64,000 bases of DNA from assembly GCF_009914755.1 (NCBI RefSeq), contig NC_060934.1; one strand, given 5' to 3'. The DNA is from the human T2T-CHM13v2.0 reference genome, Homo sapiens. The position numbers and the translations under genes are program-made. The notes below the pieces were generated by a model that was not told where the DNA came from, made no database searches, and saw nothing but the letters and a program-made list of their open reading frames with translations. Positions 1 through 14,712 of the stretch are shown here, piece by piece. The number at the start of each line of letters is the position of its first letter. The first letter of the stretch is position 1.

Positions 1-263
<263 letters not shown>

Positions 264-299
264 TCATTTCCCTCTAGGAGCTTGTAGTCTAAATGAGAT

Positions 300-760
300 G
301 TATTCAGTTAGAGTTGTCTCAGTTACAAATGTTAGAAATCAAATCTAAAGTGGCATAAACAAAAAAGGGAACTTGGGTTATATACTGCAATGTCGAAGCG
401 TTCAGGGGCAGCCGAATATGGGTGCTCAGGCAGGCTTCCCTCAGTATTGCCTTTATTCTCAGGCAGGTTTCCCCATAAGTCCCACTCTTCCAGCTACTTC
501 AACAGAGAAGAGCCTGTTTCCTAATAGTTCCCCCAAGAATCCTACCTGATGCTCATTGGCCAGGCCTGGGTCATGTGCCTATCCCTGAACCCATTACTGT
601 GGCTCTGATTGGCCAGACTTGGGTCATGTGCTGCTTCTTGGAATTGGAAGCAGCTGCACCTAACCCTCCTGGACTGAGAGTCAAGAGGAGTGGTTTCCCA
701 TAGAAAAATCCAGGTGCTGCTCACAGAAGAGGGGGCTGTGGATGCTGGCAGGAAAGCCTC
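300..760 (-). mobile_element. Old MaLR LTR (MLT1J/K-like)
   Basis: Repeated ATTGGCCAG..TGGGTCATGTGC motif typical of MLT1J/K/L; boundaries approximate. Confidence 0.6.
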
Positions 761-1029
761 GGATGCTAAGCATGTGGGTGAAGGCAGATTCACATAGTAC
801 AATGAAGGAACACTTACAAATTAATACATTCTAAATAGTTCAATGTAAGCAAGTACCTTCTATGTGCCTAGCACCGTGCTATGTACAAGAAGGGATGGAG
901 GAGAAGAGCTGCTTGGTCTTAAAGAGATCACAGAGTGGGATCCTGCTGGGGTTAGAGGCAAGCATGGAAAGCTAAGGAAAACCCAACACATACAAGTATC
1001 CTATAATTACCAGCAGTACAAAATTATAA

Positions 1030-1190
1030 CTGCATGTTAGAATTACCCAGTGCGTTCAAATAGATTGATTATAAGATCTCTCCTGAGCTTCTGATTTCAC
1101 TGGACTGGGGTATGGCTCAAGCTTCAATGTTTATTTTTTAAACTCCATCAGGTTGTTCTAATAAACAGCTGTGGTTCAGAACTACAGCCC
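1030..1190. mobile_element. MER5-like hAT DNA transposon remnant
   Basis: Resembles MER5 (ttagaattacc...ttctgattt...ttctaat...gttcagaact). Confidence 0.5.
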
Positions 1191-1396
1191 GTAGGAAAAA
1201 TATCCAAATGGCTTTTGCTGAATATGTTAAAGCTGTTATGATTTTACTTTAATTCATTTAGTACCATGTTTTGGAAAGTCAGTTAAAATGACTTTTTATA
1301 CTCAGAAGCAGGGAATTATGTTTGGGCTGTAATTCATTCTGACAAGGCAATTTTATAAGTAACACTTTCACTGTGTCCACACCATGGTGCTTATGA

Positions 1397-1522
<126 letters not shown>

Positions 1523-1865
1523 GAAAGTGTTGTCAACATTTTTTTCCTATTCTTTTCAAGTTAAATAAATTATGCTTCATATTAGTAAAAGATGCCATAG
1601 GAGAGTTTGGGGTTATTTAGGTCTTATTGAAATGCAGATTGCTACTAGAAATAAATAACTTTGGAAACATGGGAAGGTGCCACTGGTAATGGGTAAGGTT
1701 CTAATAGGCCATGTTTATGACTGTTGCATAGAATTCACAATGCATTTTTCAAGAGAAATGATGTTGTCACTGGTGGCTCATTCAGGGAAGCTCATCAAAG
1801 CCCACTTTGTTCGCAGTGTAGCTGAAATACTGTCTATCTCTAATAAAAACAGAAGGAAACAAGAT
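1523..1865 (+). other. DNTT: DNTT 3'UTR
   Basis: Follows the stop codon; AATAAA at 1564, 1650, 1842 and 1935; end inferred from the 1842 signal. Confidence 0.7.
1842..1847 (+). terminator. Probable main DNTT polyadenylation signal AATAAA
   Basis: AATAAA followed ~30 nt later by U-rich tgttttttcttc. Confidence 0.6.
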
Positions 1866-2531
1866 GATGGAATCTGTTTTTCTTCACTCAAATATTATAA
1901 ACTATTTTAAAACACAAGTGTAACCAAGTGGAAGAATAAAGAGCTTACAGTTTGTCTTAAGGGGACAAACAGGTTTAATTAGAAGATGCAGAGATTCCAG
2001 AGGGGATTTGGGTCCGTTCTGGAGCTTGTGGAGGAGGGGTGCTGCCTCTGGACTGGCTCAGCTCGGCTCAGTGCCTGCTCCTTCCCGGCCATCATACAGC
2101 TGGTTCCCTAAGCATCCCAGCACAGGACCACATAAAGGATGTATTCTCCCTGCCATTGTGCTGAAGGAAAGACAATGTCCTAAACCATCAAAGAAATATC
2201 TCCCTCTTTTTTCCATCTTGGAGCTTCTGTCTACACCTTATGGCTCAGTCTCTCTCAGGAAGTCAGTCTCTCTTGGCTTCTTATCTGAGGGCACCCAAGG
2301 GAAGGGAGGGAGCCCTGGCTGAGGGAAATTTTGGAACTCCCAGGCTCCAGACCCATTCTTTCCTCCTGCCTCCTCCAGGAGGCATAGACCCTTTGCCTTG
2401 AAGGGAGTTAACAGGTCATCTGTTCCAGCTGCTTCCGTGTCTTCAGCCTGCTAAAGAGCTGGGAGGCCCATGACGACCGTTTTCCCTTCCTTCCAGTCCC
2501 TCTGGGAAGAGGATATTGGGAGATACAATAC

Positions 2532-2825
2532 CTTTTGGCTATTGTGACTAATGCTGCTGTGAACATTGGCCTACAAGTATCTGTTTGAGTCCCTGCTTTC
2601 AATCCTTTTGGTAGGGACCTAGTAATAAAATTGCTAGATTCAATGGCTATTCTATACTATGTTTAACTCTTTGTGGAACCACTGTACTGTTTTCCATAAC
2701 AACTGCACCGTATTACATTCTTAACCAACAGTGCGCAAGCGTTCCAATTTCTCCACATCCTCAACACTTGTTATCTTCTGCATTATCTGTTTTATAATAG
2801 CTGTCTTAATGGGTGTGAAGTGGCG
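2532..2825 (-). mobile_element. L1MB-like ORF2 3' fragment
   Basis: Minus-strand peptides MFTAALVTIAKR and HFTPIKTAIIK resemble the L1 ORF2 C-terminus. Confidence 0.85.
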
Positions 2826-3774
2826 GGTGAAAACTTTTGCCCATCCTGGAACCCAAAGACAGTCCAGGCTGAAACTAACACACTGAAAGGGCCTCAGATG
2901 GTGTGTGTGCCTGTCACATCTTGAGTTGATGGCTAAAAAAAGCTGGGGACAACAAGAGGGTGGACAGCAGCCACCCCCACTGGCCTCAAATCCCAAAATC
3001 CACAAAGTATTCTAGTCTTTTCTGCTGCCCAGTGTTTCCCAGTTATGACATTCAAGATTATTCTAGGTAGTAAGTAGATGAATATTTTCATACTGATATA
3101 ATCAATAAATATTTATTGGGTGCTTACCATGTCAGTCATTTTTCTAGGCACAGGGCATAGAAAAGATAACAAAACTGTCAAAAATCTCTGCCTGTATGAT
3201 TATAAGCATAAAGCTTATGTTCTAGAAAGGTGTTTATTTGTGTTCGAAAGGTGTTAAGAAAATGGTTCCTTATTGATGGTAGTGATATAAAGCTTCCTTT
3301 TTGGAATAGGTTTATTTATATAAGAAAAGCGACTCAAGGTCAGGGAAATCATTTAGGAAATATTACCAGTGAAATGGGGGAGTGGCAAGAATGAGGAGAG
3401 AGGGACGCAGGTGGCTGACATTTGGGAAATGTGCAGGTGGCCTTGTCGCCCTCACTGAGCAACTCCCCAGCCCTGTTCTCTGGAGGTCCCCACCACACAA
3501 TAGCCCCAGGAGGTCCATGCCAGAGGAGTTTCCCCATCAGAGAACCTCACAGATTCTAAATGCTACTTTCCTTATTTGAAAAGGCCTGTTGGAGATTCCA
3601 CAAATGCCATGTCTTTTTTTTCTTTTTTGCTGTAAGCCAGAATTTTTATCAGTTCTGGACATGTTTTTTTTTTTTTTTTTTTTTTTTTTTGCCGTAGGCC
3701 AGAATTTTTTTCAATTATTGTGGTGACTAGTTACCAGAACTCAGCCTTCGCCTGTGCCTCCTACTTTGGCAGCA

Positions 3775-3793
3775 GAGCGCCCTCTGATGGCTG
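3775..3793 (-). promoter_or_regulatory. Candidate CTCF site
   Basis: Minus strand CCATCAGAGGGCGC (3790-3777) matches the CTCF core CCASYAGRKGGCRS. Confidence 0.7.
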
Positions 3794-3899
3794 ACAGAAG
3801 AACCCTTGGAGGCAAGCACAGTATGATATAGCAGATCAAGTAGGAAGCAGATTATCTGTTAAAAACATTGGAACTATATGTAAGAAGCCATGGATCACC

Positions 3900-4830
3900 G
3901 ATGCTCTATTTGTTCACTTTTTTCCCAGCCTTTTAAATCTGTGTTTTATTTGGGGTAGTTTTTATTGCTGTATCTTCAAGTTTACTAATCTTTTCTTCTG
4001 CAATGTCTAGTTTCATTAAACCTCTCCAGTATTTTATCTCACACATTATAGTTTTCATCTTTAGATGTATGATTTAGTTTTTAAAAACTATCTTCCATGC
4101 TTCTATTTAACATATTCAATTTTTCCTCTAGCTTATTAAATACATGGAATATAGTGTAACTGTTTCAATGTCCTTGTCTACTAATGATATCATCTGTGTC
4201 AATTTTGAGTCAGTTTCTATTAACTGAGTATTCTCCTCATTATGGGTCACATTTTCCTCCCTCTTTGCAAGCTTGGTAATTTTATATTGGATTCTAGACA
4301 TTGTGAACATTGTGAATTTTTTCCTGGATATTTTTGTATTCCTGTTAATATTCTTAAACTTTGTTCCAGGATGTGGTTAATTTACTTGGAAACAGTTTGA
4401 TGTGTCCTCATCTTGCTTTTGAGCTTTGTTAGGCAGGACTCATCTTACTTTTGAGCTTTGTTAGGCAGCACTAACGTAGTCTAATCCAGGGTTAATATTC
4501 TTCCCCACTACTGAGGCAATACTTTTCTCAGTGTTCTGCCTGATGCCTGGTGAATTATGGTGTTTTCTACTCTGGCTGTTTGGGAACAGGCACGGTTTGT
4601 GGCCTCCCACTGAGAGGCCTGGCCCATTAGAGCTTAGGGTATTGTTCCCTCTAATCCCTTTGTGTGGTTCTTTCTCCAGCCTTGGGTAGTTTTCTCACAT
4701 GCATATGCTGATCAATGGAATAATCAAGAGGTCTCCTCTGTCTCTGTGCAACTCTTTCTCCAGTACTCTGCCCTGCAAATTCTATTCACCTTGGCCTCCA
4801 TTGACTTCCAGCTCTATCTCACTAACAGCA
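3900..4830 (-). mobile_element. Ancient L1M (L1MC/MD-like) 5'UTR/ORF1 fragment
   Basis: ORF 4128-4310 (KITKLAKREENVTHNEENTQLIETDSKLTQMISLVDKDI) resembles old L1 ORF1 N-terminus. Confidence 0.7.
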
Positions 4831-6519
4831 TGTGCAAAAGCCATGTGGTGCAAGGACCATGGTGTCAGAGAAAAGGCCCACGTGGCAGGAGGGCCATGGC
4901 ATAAAATGAGCAGAGAGAAAGCTCTTGCAGCTGGAGGTTCCCACGTGTCTGAGTTGCAGAGAGAAAGCCTATGTTTGTGGACAGACCATGGCATCTGAAG
5001 GGCAGAGAGGAGGCCTAAGTGGTTGGGGAATAGAAACTAGAAGAGGTGGGACACAAGACTAGGCTTTCCCCAGCTCTCAAAACAAAGACCCATATCCTTA
5101 CCTTGGCTTTCATAAGTGGGTAATCCCTGGCCAGGTGAGTCAACAGTAATCACTGTTTGACTCTTCATGACAAAATCAGTCACATTTATGGTAGAATTTT
5201 GTCAACATGGTTTGTTCTCGCTCACAATCAAATCTTTCAAATCATTTTAGCCTGGAAATGAAAGTCTATGATAAACTGATTCTCTTTCATTATAAATCAG
5301 ATTTTAAGCCCCAGGTTACACTCACCCTGTCCTCCAGAGGCCCCCTTCAGTTTTAGAAATAGTTCTACAGCCTATTGGACAAACTCGGCCAACTTCCAAA
5401 ATGTTCCCCAGTCTCACCTGTCCAGTTTTAGTATTTTTCACCCCTTAACTTATTGGAGTTCAGGTAGCCTCTCTATAGGATGGAGGAGAGAGGTTTTTTT
5501 CTGAGTTTTACTTGGAGGTACAGCACTTTAATGTATGCCCTGACATAACCAGACATTTCAGCCATTTGGAATTCTCAGAGGATTGAAGTGCTATGCCCAT
5601 TTCTCCTTCTCCTCTAACTTCAGGTAAAGGAAAAAGAAGAAGAGTATAGATTCTTATCTTATTTGAGCCCGAGAGAGATAGTTTTATGTCTTTGAGCTTA
5701 GAGGCAAAGCACCTGTATAAAAGCTTTCCTGATATTATTTCCTTGGATGGAGATTCACATTCAATTGGGTAGAGAAACGTTTCCACAAACACCCAGTTTA
5801 GCATTTTCATTATGCCCCCAACATTGTCTTAGGACCTGGCAGATTGTCTGACATTGGAAGGAAGCCAGTGCACATTTGTTAAATCAATTCACGCATTAAG
5901 CAATAATTCTCATCAAGATGGTGGGAGGGCAAAGGTTATATGACTTCACAATCTTTCAAAAATTAGTTATCACTTTTTGGTCTTCAATTAACATCGCAAT
6001 GTTGCAGGGAAAAACGCCTTAAGCAAAACTAATAATTGTTATTTCTTGGCAAAATAAAGAAGAAGTGAGTATCTGTCTCCACCAGCAAAGTCAGGAACTG
6101 AGAAGAATCATAGAGGGTATAGAAGGCTGTGCTGATGGGAGTGAGGAACAGGCAGGCAGAAGGAGTGCTTTGCAGGGTTTGGGGAAAATCAAAGTAGAAT
6201 GTTTGGACTGGATGGATGTAACTTTATAGATAAACCAATTCAAACACCAGATGATACAGGAGGAAATGAGACCCACACACATCGTGCAACCTGACTAAGG
6301 TCACTTAACTTACCAGCAGCCCTGGGTTAGGGAAGCAGAGCTTCTGACTTTGGGTCTCATCATTTTGCTTACCACACAGAGCTGCCCTCCATGAAAGACT
6401 GAATGTCTTCTAGCCTGGCAGAGAAAGTGCCAATATCGGGAATATCCCTGGGATAATCTTGGTTCCAGGGACAGAGCCAATGTTCTCTAATATAGGCAAA
6501 GAAAAGCCACAAACATTTT

Positions 6520-9241
6520 GTAGGTTCATAAGAATGGCCATTTTACTTTTCACTTCATTCCAACATAAGTTCTTGTGTATCATAGCAGAAGTAAATGACA
6601 GAAATGCTGAACCTTTCTAGTTTAATAGAAACAATGTTTAAATATTCTAAGCCGTGGATTATAAGTAGAATTAAAATAAGTGATCCAAAACACAAGTCAT
6701 CCCTCACTTTATAGCTACATGGCTTAGTCACATGCATATTTCAATCCAGCCTTACAACCACCCCATGGGCTAAAAGGATGGAGGATGAGAACTGCTGTCT
6801 CCACTTTACAAGTACAGAACTGAGGCTCTGGATGATCAACAATCGGCCCAAGGGCTGACACCTATAAGTATCAAAGCCAAGGCCACGGCTGAGTTCTCAG
6901 TAAATCCAAGGTCCTTCATGACATGTAGGAGAAGTACAAGCACCAGGATGACTGGGAATGTCTGTTTAAAAATGGCTAAATCTGCTTGTTTAAGGTAATT
7001 AGATCCAGAGGACTTGGCACAAAACTGAGTTTCAAAAGGGGCTTTGAAGAGCAGGTATTGACATGTGGCAGAGATTGGGTTCATAGAACATGTTCTTGGT
7101 TATTCAGGGAAGAGGGGCATGTTTCTGAGTAATCAGAAGCCCTGTGTGAGAAAGGAATATTTTCTAGGATATCTGTGTGGCTCATGGAGCTGCTGGATGA
7201 ACTTAAGATGCCCTGGACCCAGGCCTTCCCACTGGGAGGCCTGGCCTGCTAGAGGGCAATGGCTATACATGGGGGAACCAGGCTGCCTGGAAGCCTCCTC
7301 ATGGGAGTGAAAGTGAAAGCCTGTCCCAAGCTGGCTGAATGGCAGGCACGTTGCTCCTTGGCCCATTCCTGTGGTCCTGTCTCCATCCCCTTGGGTCCTC
7401 TTGATTTTTCTTTCTGCCAAACAGCTTTCCCCTAGATATCCAAGGACTTGGTTCTTTTCTCCAAGTAGACTTGGTTCTACTCCACAGAGTAGATACAGCC
7501 CTCATTTCTAATAATCTTTTGGAAAAACTCTTGCCTTCCCCGCGGCCCCCCATCTTTACTTTCAACACACACACAGTCCGTCGCAGAACTGCCCTCCTTA
7601 AATACTCTCTGATTACAGACACAAGTAGGAGCAATGAATGATGTGTCTCCTAGGCCAGGTGTGTGGTAGGGTAGCTGACACATGTTAGAAGGAAGTCTGC
7701 CCAAAGACACAGAGGAAATGAAACTCATATTGAAGGCAAAAGAAGAGTACAGAAGAAAAAAAAAAAATGGCTGGGGATGGATTGGAAAATGGGAAGAGGA
7801 GTTACTGGGATAAGAGAAAGCTGGAGGGTGGCCTCTCCTGGAGTAATCCACCCAAAATAAGGCAACCTGGTTATAGTTTGCCCAATAGGCTCAATGGGCC
7901 AACACCACTTGAAGTAGCCTCTCCTTTTCCATTTGGCCTCCTTGGAGACAGTCCTCAGCAAGCTGAAGCGGCAATGCTATGCGTGGGCTTAAGGGCTCTT
8001 GTTTAATCTGAAGCCTTTAAAAAATAAAATAAAAGAAGTTGTAACTTTAACAACTATCCCTAAAGCACAAAAGTTAAAGTTATTTGAGGAACTGCCATCA
8101 GAGGTATCATAATGTCTTACTTTAAAAATTAAGCAAAATGTTTCATTGTAAAGACAAAGTGTTGTTTTAATATGAAACATGAATTTCCATCAACATTAAC
8201 ATCTTTAAGGTTAAATGTAACACCACCAGTCTCTGTATTTGGAATTCGGAACTTGTAAGAAACTGCCTTTTCCTGATTCATATGAGGACACGATCACACC
8301 TAGATTGGAAGATTCACATACTACCAGCAACACCTAGAATCATCTTTAGATAACAATTTGGATCATAGGCCATGGAGAAAGTTTGTCCTAAATGTTCCCT
8401 TGTGTGGCCCTGTGACTATGGGGAACAAATGCTGGTGATTAGCTGTTTTATCAGGCAAGCAATATGGGAAGAGGTAGGAAGAAGGTGGTAGAGAGAGAGA
8501 ACTAACATTTTGACTGGCAACTAAGTAGCAGACACTTCCCTTTATTTCTTATTTAATCTTTTCAATTATGACATGAGGCAAATATTTCCCCTCCTTTAAA
8601 AAAGCAAAAACTGAGGCTTGAAAATGTTAAACAACTTCTCCAAAGTCGTACAGCTGCTCAGTGGTAGGTGTGACTTAAGAGTCCGTATTCTTTCCACTGC
8701 TGTGTGACATGATTGAGCCAGGTGCTTCCCTGTGGTCAGGGAATGTGTGGCTCCACATGGTTCCTACCCTGAGATATTCAGAAACAATTAACTGCTTCCT
8801 CTCACACATCCTGCATAAGTTTCATTTGTATCCCAACTTGCACCAGGCTGACCTCAGCAACACTTCCATGAAAGTCAGATCTGATGGCTTTTTTGAGAAA
8901 AAGGATATGAAAAAAAAAGATGAGAAGGCAAGACACTCAGAAACCAAGCCCCTTTCCCAAAATGACAAAGAAAAGCAAATTCCCACTGGGAGCAGGAATA
9001 GGATCTAAGGACCCCATCTGGTGAGTCACATGTACTAACTAAAGCACAAGATCTGAGAGTTGGAATTAACCATGTTGGGGATGTCCCCTAAAGAGACAAA
9101 TCAGCCCCAAAGTGTTCCAGAGCTGTAAATGAAATTTGGATTGATTAAGAAGCAGCTTGGCATCTTTCCTCTCCAAGTACAAAACCCTGGGTTTTCAACC
9201 CTGTTCCAGTGCCAGGTCTGCTGCTCCTTGACTGAGCTGCA
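6520..9241 (-). other. OPALIN: OPALIN 3'UTR (~2.7 kb, end approximate)
   Basis: Mostly unique sequence downstream of TGA 9242; end inferred from the poly(A) signal. Confidence 0.55.
6542..6547 (-). terminator. Candidate distal OPALIN poly(A) signal AGTAAA
   Basis: Variant hexamer, then CA and a GU/U-rich downstream element (tgtttgtggcttttcttt) on the minus strand; canonical AATAAA also at 8541-8546. Confidence 0.5.
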
Positions 9242-9418
9242 TCATTCCAGGCTCAGTCTGGGCACAAGCCACCACAATCCCCTCCTTCTTTCCATTTCTA
9301 TAGTAGGACGGTAACGGTCATGCACAGGTTCCTCGCTTCCTGCTACAGTCTTCACATATATGTGGGCCTCTTGTGCTCCCATCGTATTCTTCTCATGTGT
9401 GGGTGATCTCCTAGGATT
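9242..9418 (-). CDS. OPALIN: OPALIN coding exon 6 (cytoplasmic tail)
   Basis: ttaag|[58 protein letters not shown]; 177 nt including TGA. Confidence 0.96.
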   Translation of the reverse strand, partial: NPRRSPTHEKNTMGAQEAHIYVKTVAGSEEPVHDRYRPTIEMERRRGLWWLVPRLSLE

Positions 9419-10363
9419 CTTAAGGAAACAAATAGGTTTTTTAAAAACTACAGCAGAGAATTCTTTCATACAAGATGGACTAACAGCAACCACATTGACC
9501 CTCCCACCTGAAATAACCAAAATCAGACACAACATTTGAAGCAATAGTTTTCAAGACACTAGACAACAGGCAAGGAGGGACAATGGTCCTGGAGAGACAG
9601 AAAACAAATGAGGAGAGACCCACAATTACCTGATCTTACTGCTTTGGGAGAGCTTTCAGGCCACTCAACTATCTTTTGTTTATTGTTAACAAAGTTTCTC
9701 ATTTTTTGTCTTTTAACTGTTAATCTATTTGTGTATTTATATTTAAAGTGAGTTTTGTAGGCATCATATGATTGGACCTTGTTTTTATAGCCAATGTGAA
9801 ATCTCTTCCTGTTAATTCGGGTATCTAGACCATTTACATTTAATGTGATCATTGATATGGTTGGGTTTAAATCTACCATCTTGCTATTTGTTTTCTGTTT
9901 GTTCTACCTGTTTGTTGTGTCTTTTTAACTCTTTTTCTACTTTATTTCATATAGATTTTAGAAGAACCTCATTAAGTTCCATGAAAAAAATTGATTGGGA
10001 TTTATATTGAAATTACATCTGTTATATAGATCAACATTGTTTGACATCGTTATGTTATTAACACTTTCTATCCAGGAGCATAGTATGCAACCCCCATTAT
10101 TTAGGTATTATTTAATGGGTTTTTTAACCAAAGTTTTATTATTTTCCATAAAGGTATTACATATTTTTGTTAGATTTATTCCATAGCATTCTACATATTT
10201 TAATACCAATTACCATCACAAATGGTAATTTTTAAAATCACTTTTTCTAATTGTTGTTGATGTTGAAAGTATAAATTACTTTTATATATTGATTTTTGTA
10301 TCCAGTAAACTTGTTAAAATTTCTTGTTAATTCAAGTAATTTTTCTGTAGATTTAGCTTTTCT

Positions 10364-11089
<726 letters not shown>

Positions 11090-11589
11090 TAAAAATCCTA
11101 CTTCATTGACTAGGATCTAAAGTATAATATTGAATAGAAGTGGTGTTAGTGAAGATCCTTGTTTTATTTCTGATCTAAAGAGAATGCTTTCAACATTTTA
11201 CTGTTAGGTATGATGTTAGCTGTAATTTTTTGAAAAAGACATCTTTCAAGTCAAGGAAGTTCCCATTCTATTTTTAATTTGCTGAGAGTTCATATCACTG
11301 TTAAGTTTTTTTGAACTTTCTTCCCCTATTGAGATGGTCACATGAGTTTTCCATTTTAGTTTGTCAGTAAAATAAATTATATTAAATTGATTGTCTAATA
11401 TTAAAGGGAGCTTGAATTTCTGTTCAGCCAATAAAAATGCACTGAGAACCTCCTTTGTGCTTGAGCTTCCTCTTGGTCATCTCTTTTCTACATGTGCTCA
11501 TACTGTGCTTCTTTTGGTGAAAGGCTTTCAAACACTTAGCTTGTTTACTGTGTGAATGGTATATAGAGAGTATAACCAAGAGTTCTTAC

Positions 11590-11646
11590 CTCAGATATCT
11601 TGGGATTGTCATCAATTTCTGAAATTTCACATGGTCTGTCACTTTC
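11590..11646 (-). CDS. OPALIN: OPALIN coding exon 5
   Basis: tttag|ESDRPCEISEIDDNPKISE|gtaag; 57 nt. Confidence 0.95.
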
Positions 11647-13007
11647 CTAAATTGGAAAAAATATAATAATAAAAGAAAGAAAGAAGAAGAAGTGAAGGGT
11701 TATAGCATTTGACCGTAACTATGATTAAAATCAGTGCTTTTTAAATCTGAGTGTACATTAAAACAAACAAAACAAGCACAGAGGCATCTAATAACATCAC
11801 CCCTCAAACCAAACCAAACCCATACCTAAGCCAAGAAATATCATTGTGAGTTATCAAAAATAATCCAGGGTGAGAGTAGAGATGAAACAATATTGGCCAT
11901 GGGTTAATAATTGGGTTCATTATACTATCCTCTCTACTTTAGTATATGTTTGAAATTATAATTAAAAAATTGTTTTTGTTTTTTCAAGATCAGTGCCACA
12001 GCTTTGTCATCCAGAAATTCTGATTTAATTGGCTTTGGTGATTGGAAATTTTGAGCTTCCTAAATAATTTTAAAGTGCACTGGAGGTTGAGAAACTATTA
12101 CTTAAACAATACCACCACTAACCACAATACTTCTTGATGTGTTTAAAATTTACAGCTTGTCAACACATCTTTACATGTAAAAATGTTCATCATCCATTAT
12201 CTCATTTCATCCTTATAACTTTCCCTACCTCTTAAAATAGGGAGGGTAGTTTCTATGACTCCTATTTTGGAGTTGAACTAACCAAGACATATTAAATGTT
12301 AAGTCACTTGTCCAGGATCATATAAATCATAAAGTGGCAGAGTCAGGTTTAGAACCTCAATTTTCAATCTCTTAATTAATGTTTACCCATATGATAACAA
12401 CCTTGAATGTCAATAAATAGAGAATAGAATTAGAACCCAGAGTCCACATGACACAGTTGTGTCACAACCATGGAACCTTGTTGGATATGAGTCTAGGTGG
12501 CCTTTGATTTCTAAGCATAGTCCCCAGAACAGTCTGGCATTGGAGGGGTGGATTGGATGGGGAGGATATAGATTCCCTTGTGATTCTATCATGGTGTCTA
12601 TCATGGACACCTCAGCCCCTCTTCATCTCCTATCTTTCTTAACGTTATCTCCATCCTTTCTTTGTGAAGCTTGTGCGCTTTTGTTTCTCAACTTTAGAAA
12701 GCACACCCACTGTACAGACATGTGTTTGCCATGGCAACAGACATCCTTCTCCACTGCTACTTTTTGTTACCCCAAATACCATCTTTGTCAGGAATTCCTC
12801 AACTGACCTGAAGGTTTTATGACAAATCAGCTCTGTCTGGTGCCTAATGTCATGTCTGCAGTGGAAATTATGGCCCAGAAACTTCCAGCATCTTGTCCTC
12901 AGGAAATAGACATGGGCCCTGAATTCTGACACCCTTAGTCCAAAAGCCAGTTCACTGAAATACTGGTGGCTGCCTATACATCTGGACCCAAAGAAGCTAG
13001 TAATCAC

Positions 13008-13127
13008 CTCCATGGCCTCAATGCTGCTTCTTCTTCGGTGAATCAAAGTAAATAGTAAAGCCACCAGCAGGGCTGTGGCCACCAGCAATGGTATGCCCGC
13101 CGCTAATCCAAGAGAGGGCCCACAGTC
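13008..13127 (-). CDS. OPALIN: OPALIN coding exon 4 (transmembrane helix)
   Basis: cag|[40 protein letters not shown]|gtgatt; 120 nt; hydrophobic TM followed by HRRR. Confidence 0.96.
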
Positions 13128-13498
13128 CTGGCACAGAATGAAAAACACAGGGTCAGAGGAAGCCCAGAGTCTTCAATAATAAAGGAAAAATTCAATAGAA
13201 TAAAAATAAAACAAAAAATCTGCATGGATCATAAACGTCATATACAAAATCAAAAGGGTAATGAAATACTGTGCAAAAATGTTTGTAACACACATGACAA
13301 ATGACTTACTTTCATAGGACTTAATTTACACAGTTTAAATCTGTTGGAAAGAGTAATGATCAAGTAGAAAAATGGGCAAAGGATATGAACAGGTATTCTT
13401 TAGAACAGAAATACAAATGTCTCTTCAATGTAGGAAAAGCTGAGATACAATTCAGAGCAACAATTAGATGTCATTTTCACCTGTTTGGCTAAAAATAA

Positions 13499-13814
<316 letters not shown>

Positions 13815-13856
13815 ATACCACACTATTTTAATATGAATTAAAAAAATTTATTTGCA

Positions 13857-14003
13857 CTTAATGTAAATGACGAGTTAATGGGTGCAGCACACCAACGTGG
13901 CACATGTATACATATGTAACAAACCTGCACGTTGTGCACATGTACCCTAGAACTTAAAGTATAATAAAAATAAATAAATAAAAAAGTGACATTTAGCCTT
14001 TCA
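13857..14003 (+). mobile_element. 5'-truncated L1PA (about L1PA4/5) 3' end with tail
   Basis: AATGTAAATGACGAGTTAATGGGTGCAGCAC...CCCTAGAACTTAAAGTATAAT; 17-bp TSD at 13840-13856 and 14004-14020. Confidence 0.93.
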
Positions 14004-14679
14004 AAAAAAATTTATTTGCAATAAATGCATTAACCTATTAATTTTCAAATTCCCATTTTGCTTTGATCGGAGTGGAAATAGTCATGCTTTTAGTTACATA
14101 AGTTTTCAGATTTGCAGACTATCTGGAAATATTGAAGATAATCTGCAGAAACCCTATAAAAGTGCAACTGTTATTTAATAATGGATTCACCTTCACTTCA
14201 CTTTAGGGGGAAATTGATTTTATTGAAGAATAATAAAAGTATATGAATCACAAATATATAAGTGGATGACTTTTCACATGAGGAATACACCCATAAGACC
14301 AACACCCAGATCAAGAAACAGAACATTAGCAGTATCTCAGGATCCCCCTCAAATCTCTTCCAGCCTCCTTGTGCGTGACCACTATTCTGAAATCTATTGC
14401 CATAGAGTAGTTTTGTCTGTTTTTCAGCATAATATAGATGCAAATATAAGATATGCACTCTTTGTGTCTGGCTTCTTTTGCTCAACCCTTTGTGAAATCC
14501 ATCTGTGATTTTGCATGTTCTCCCTCACTTTTGAGCGGAGCTGGTCAAGAATAATTCTTGAGCCAGATTCTGTGCTTAGTGACAGTTCACCTATCAAACT
14601 TTAAAGCTCAAAACAAATGCTCAAGATGGATGGAGCATTATTATTATCCCCATTTTATAAATTTAAGTGATATAGTTAC

Positions 14680-14712
14680 CGTTTCTTTCCCACCTGTGAC
14701 AGGAGAGGACGT
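14680..14712 (-). CDS. OPALIN: OPALIN coding exon 3
   Basis: cag|TSSPVTGGKET|gtaac; 33 nt. Confidence 0.93.

Noticed and set aside
4407-4470. 32-bp tandem duplication (similar short ones at 15202-15233 and ~61746-61783)
   Set aside because: Diverged local slippage duplications with no functional context
12645-13148. 167-aa ORF containing the OPALIN TM
   Set aside because: Exon 4 plus intron read-through with a non-ATG start; the splice sites explain the real frame
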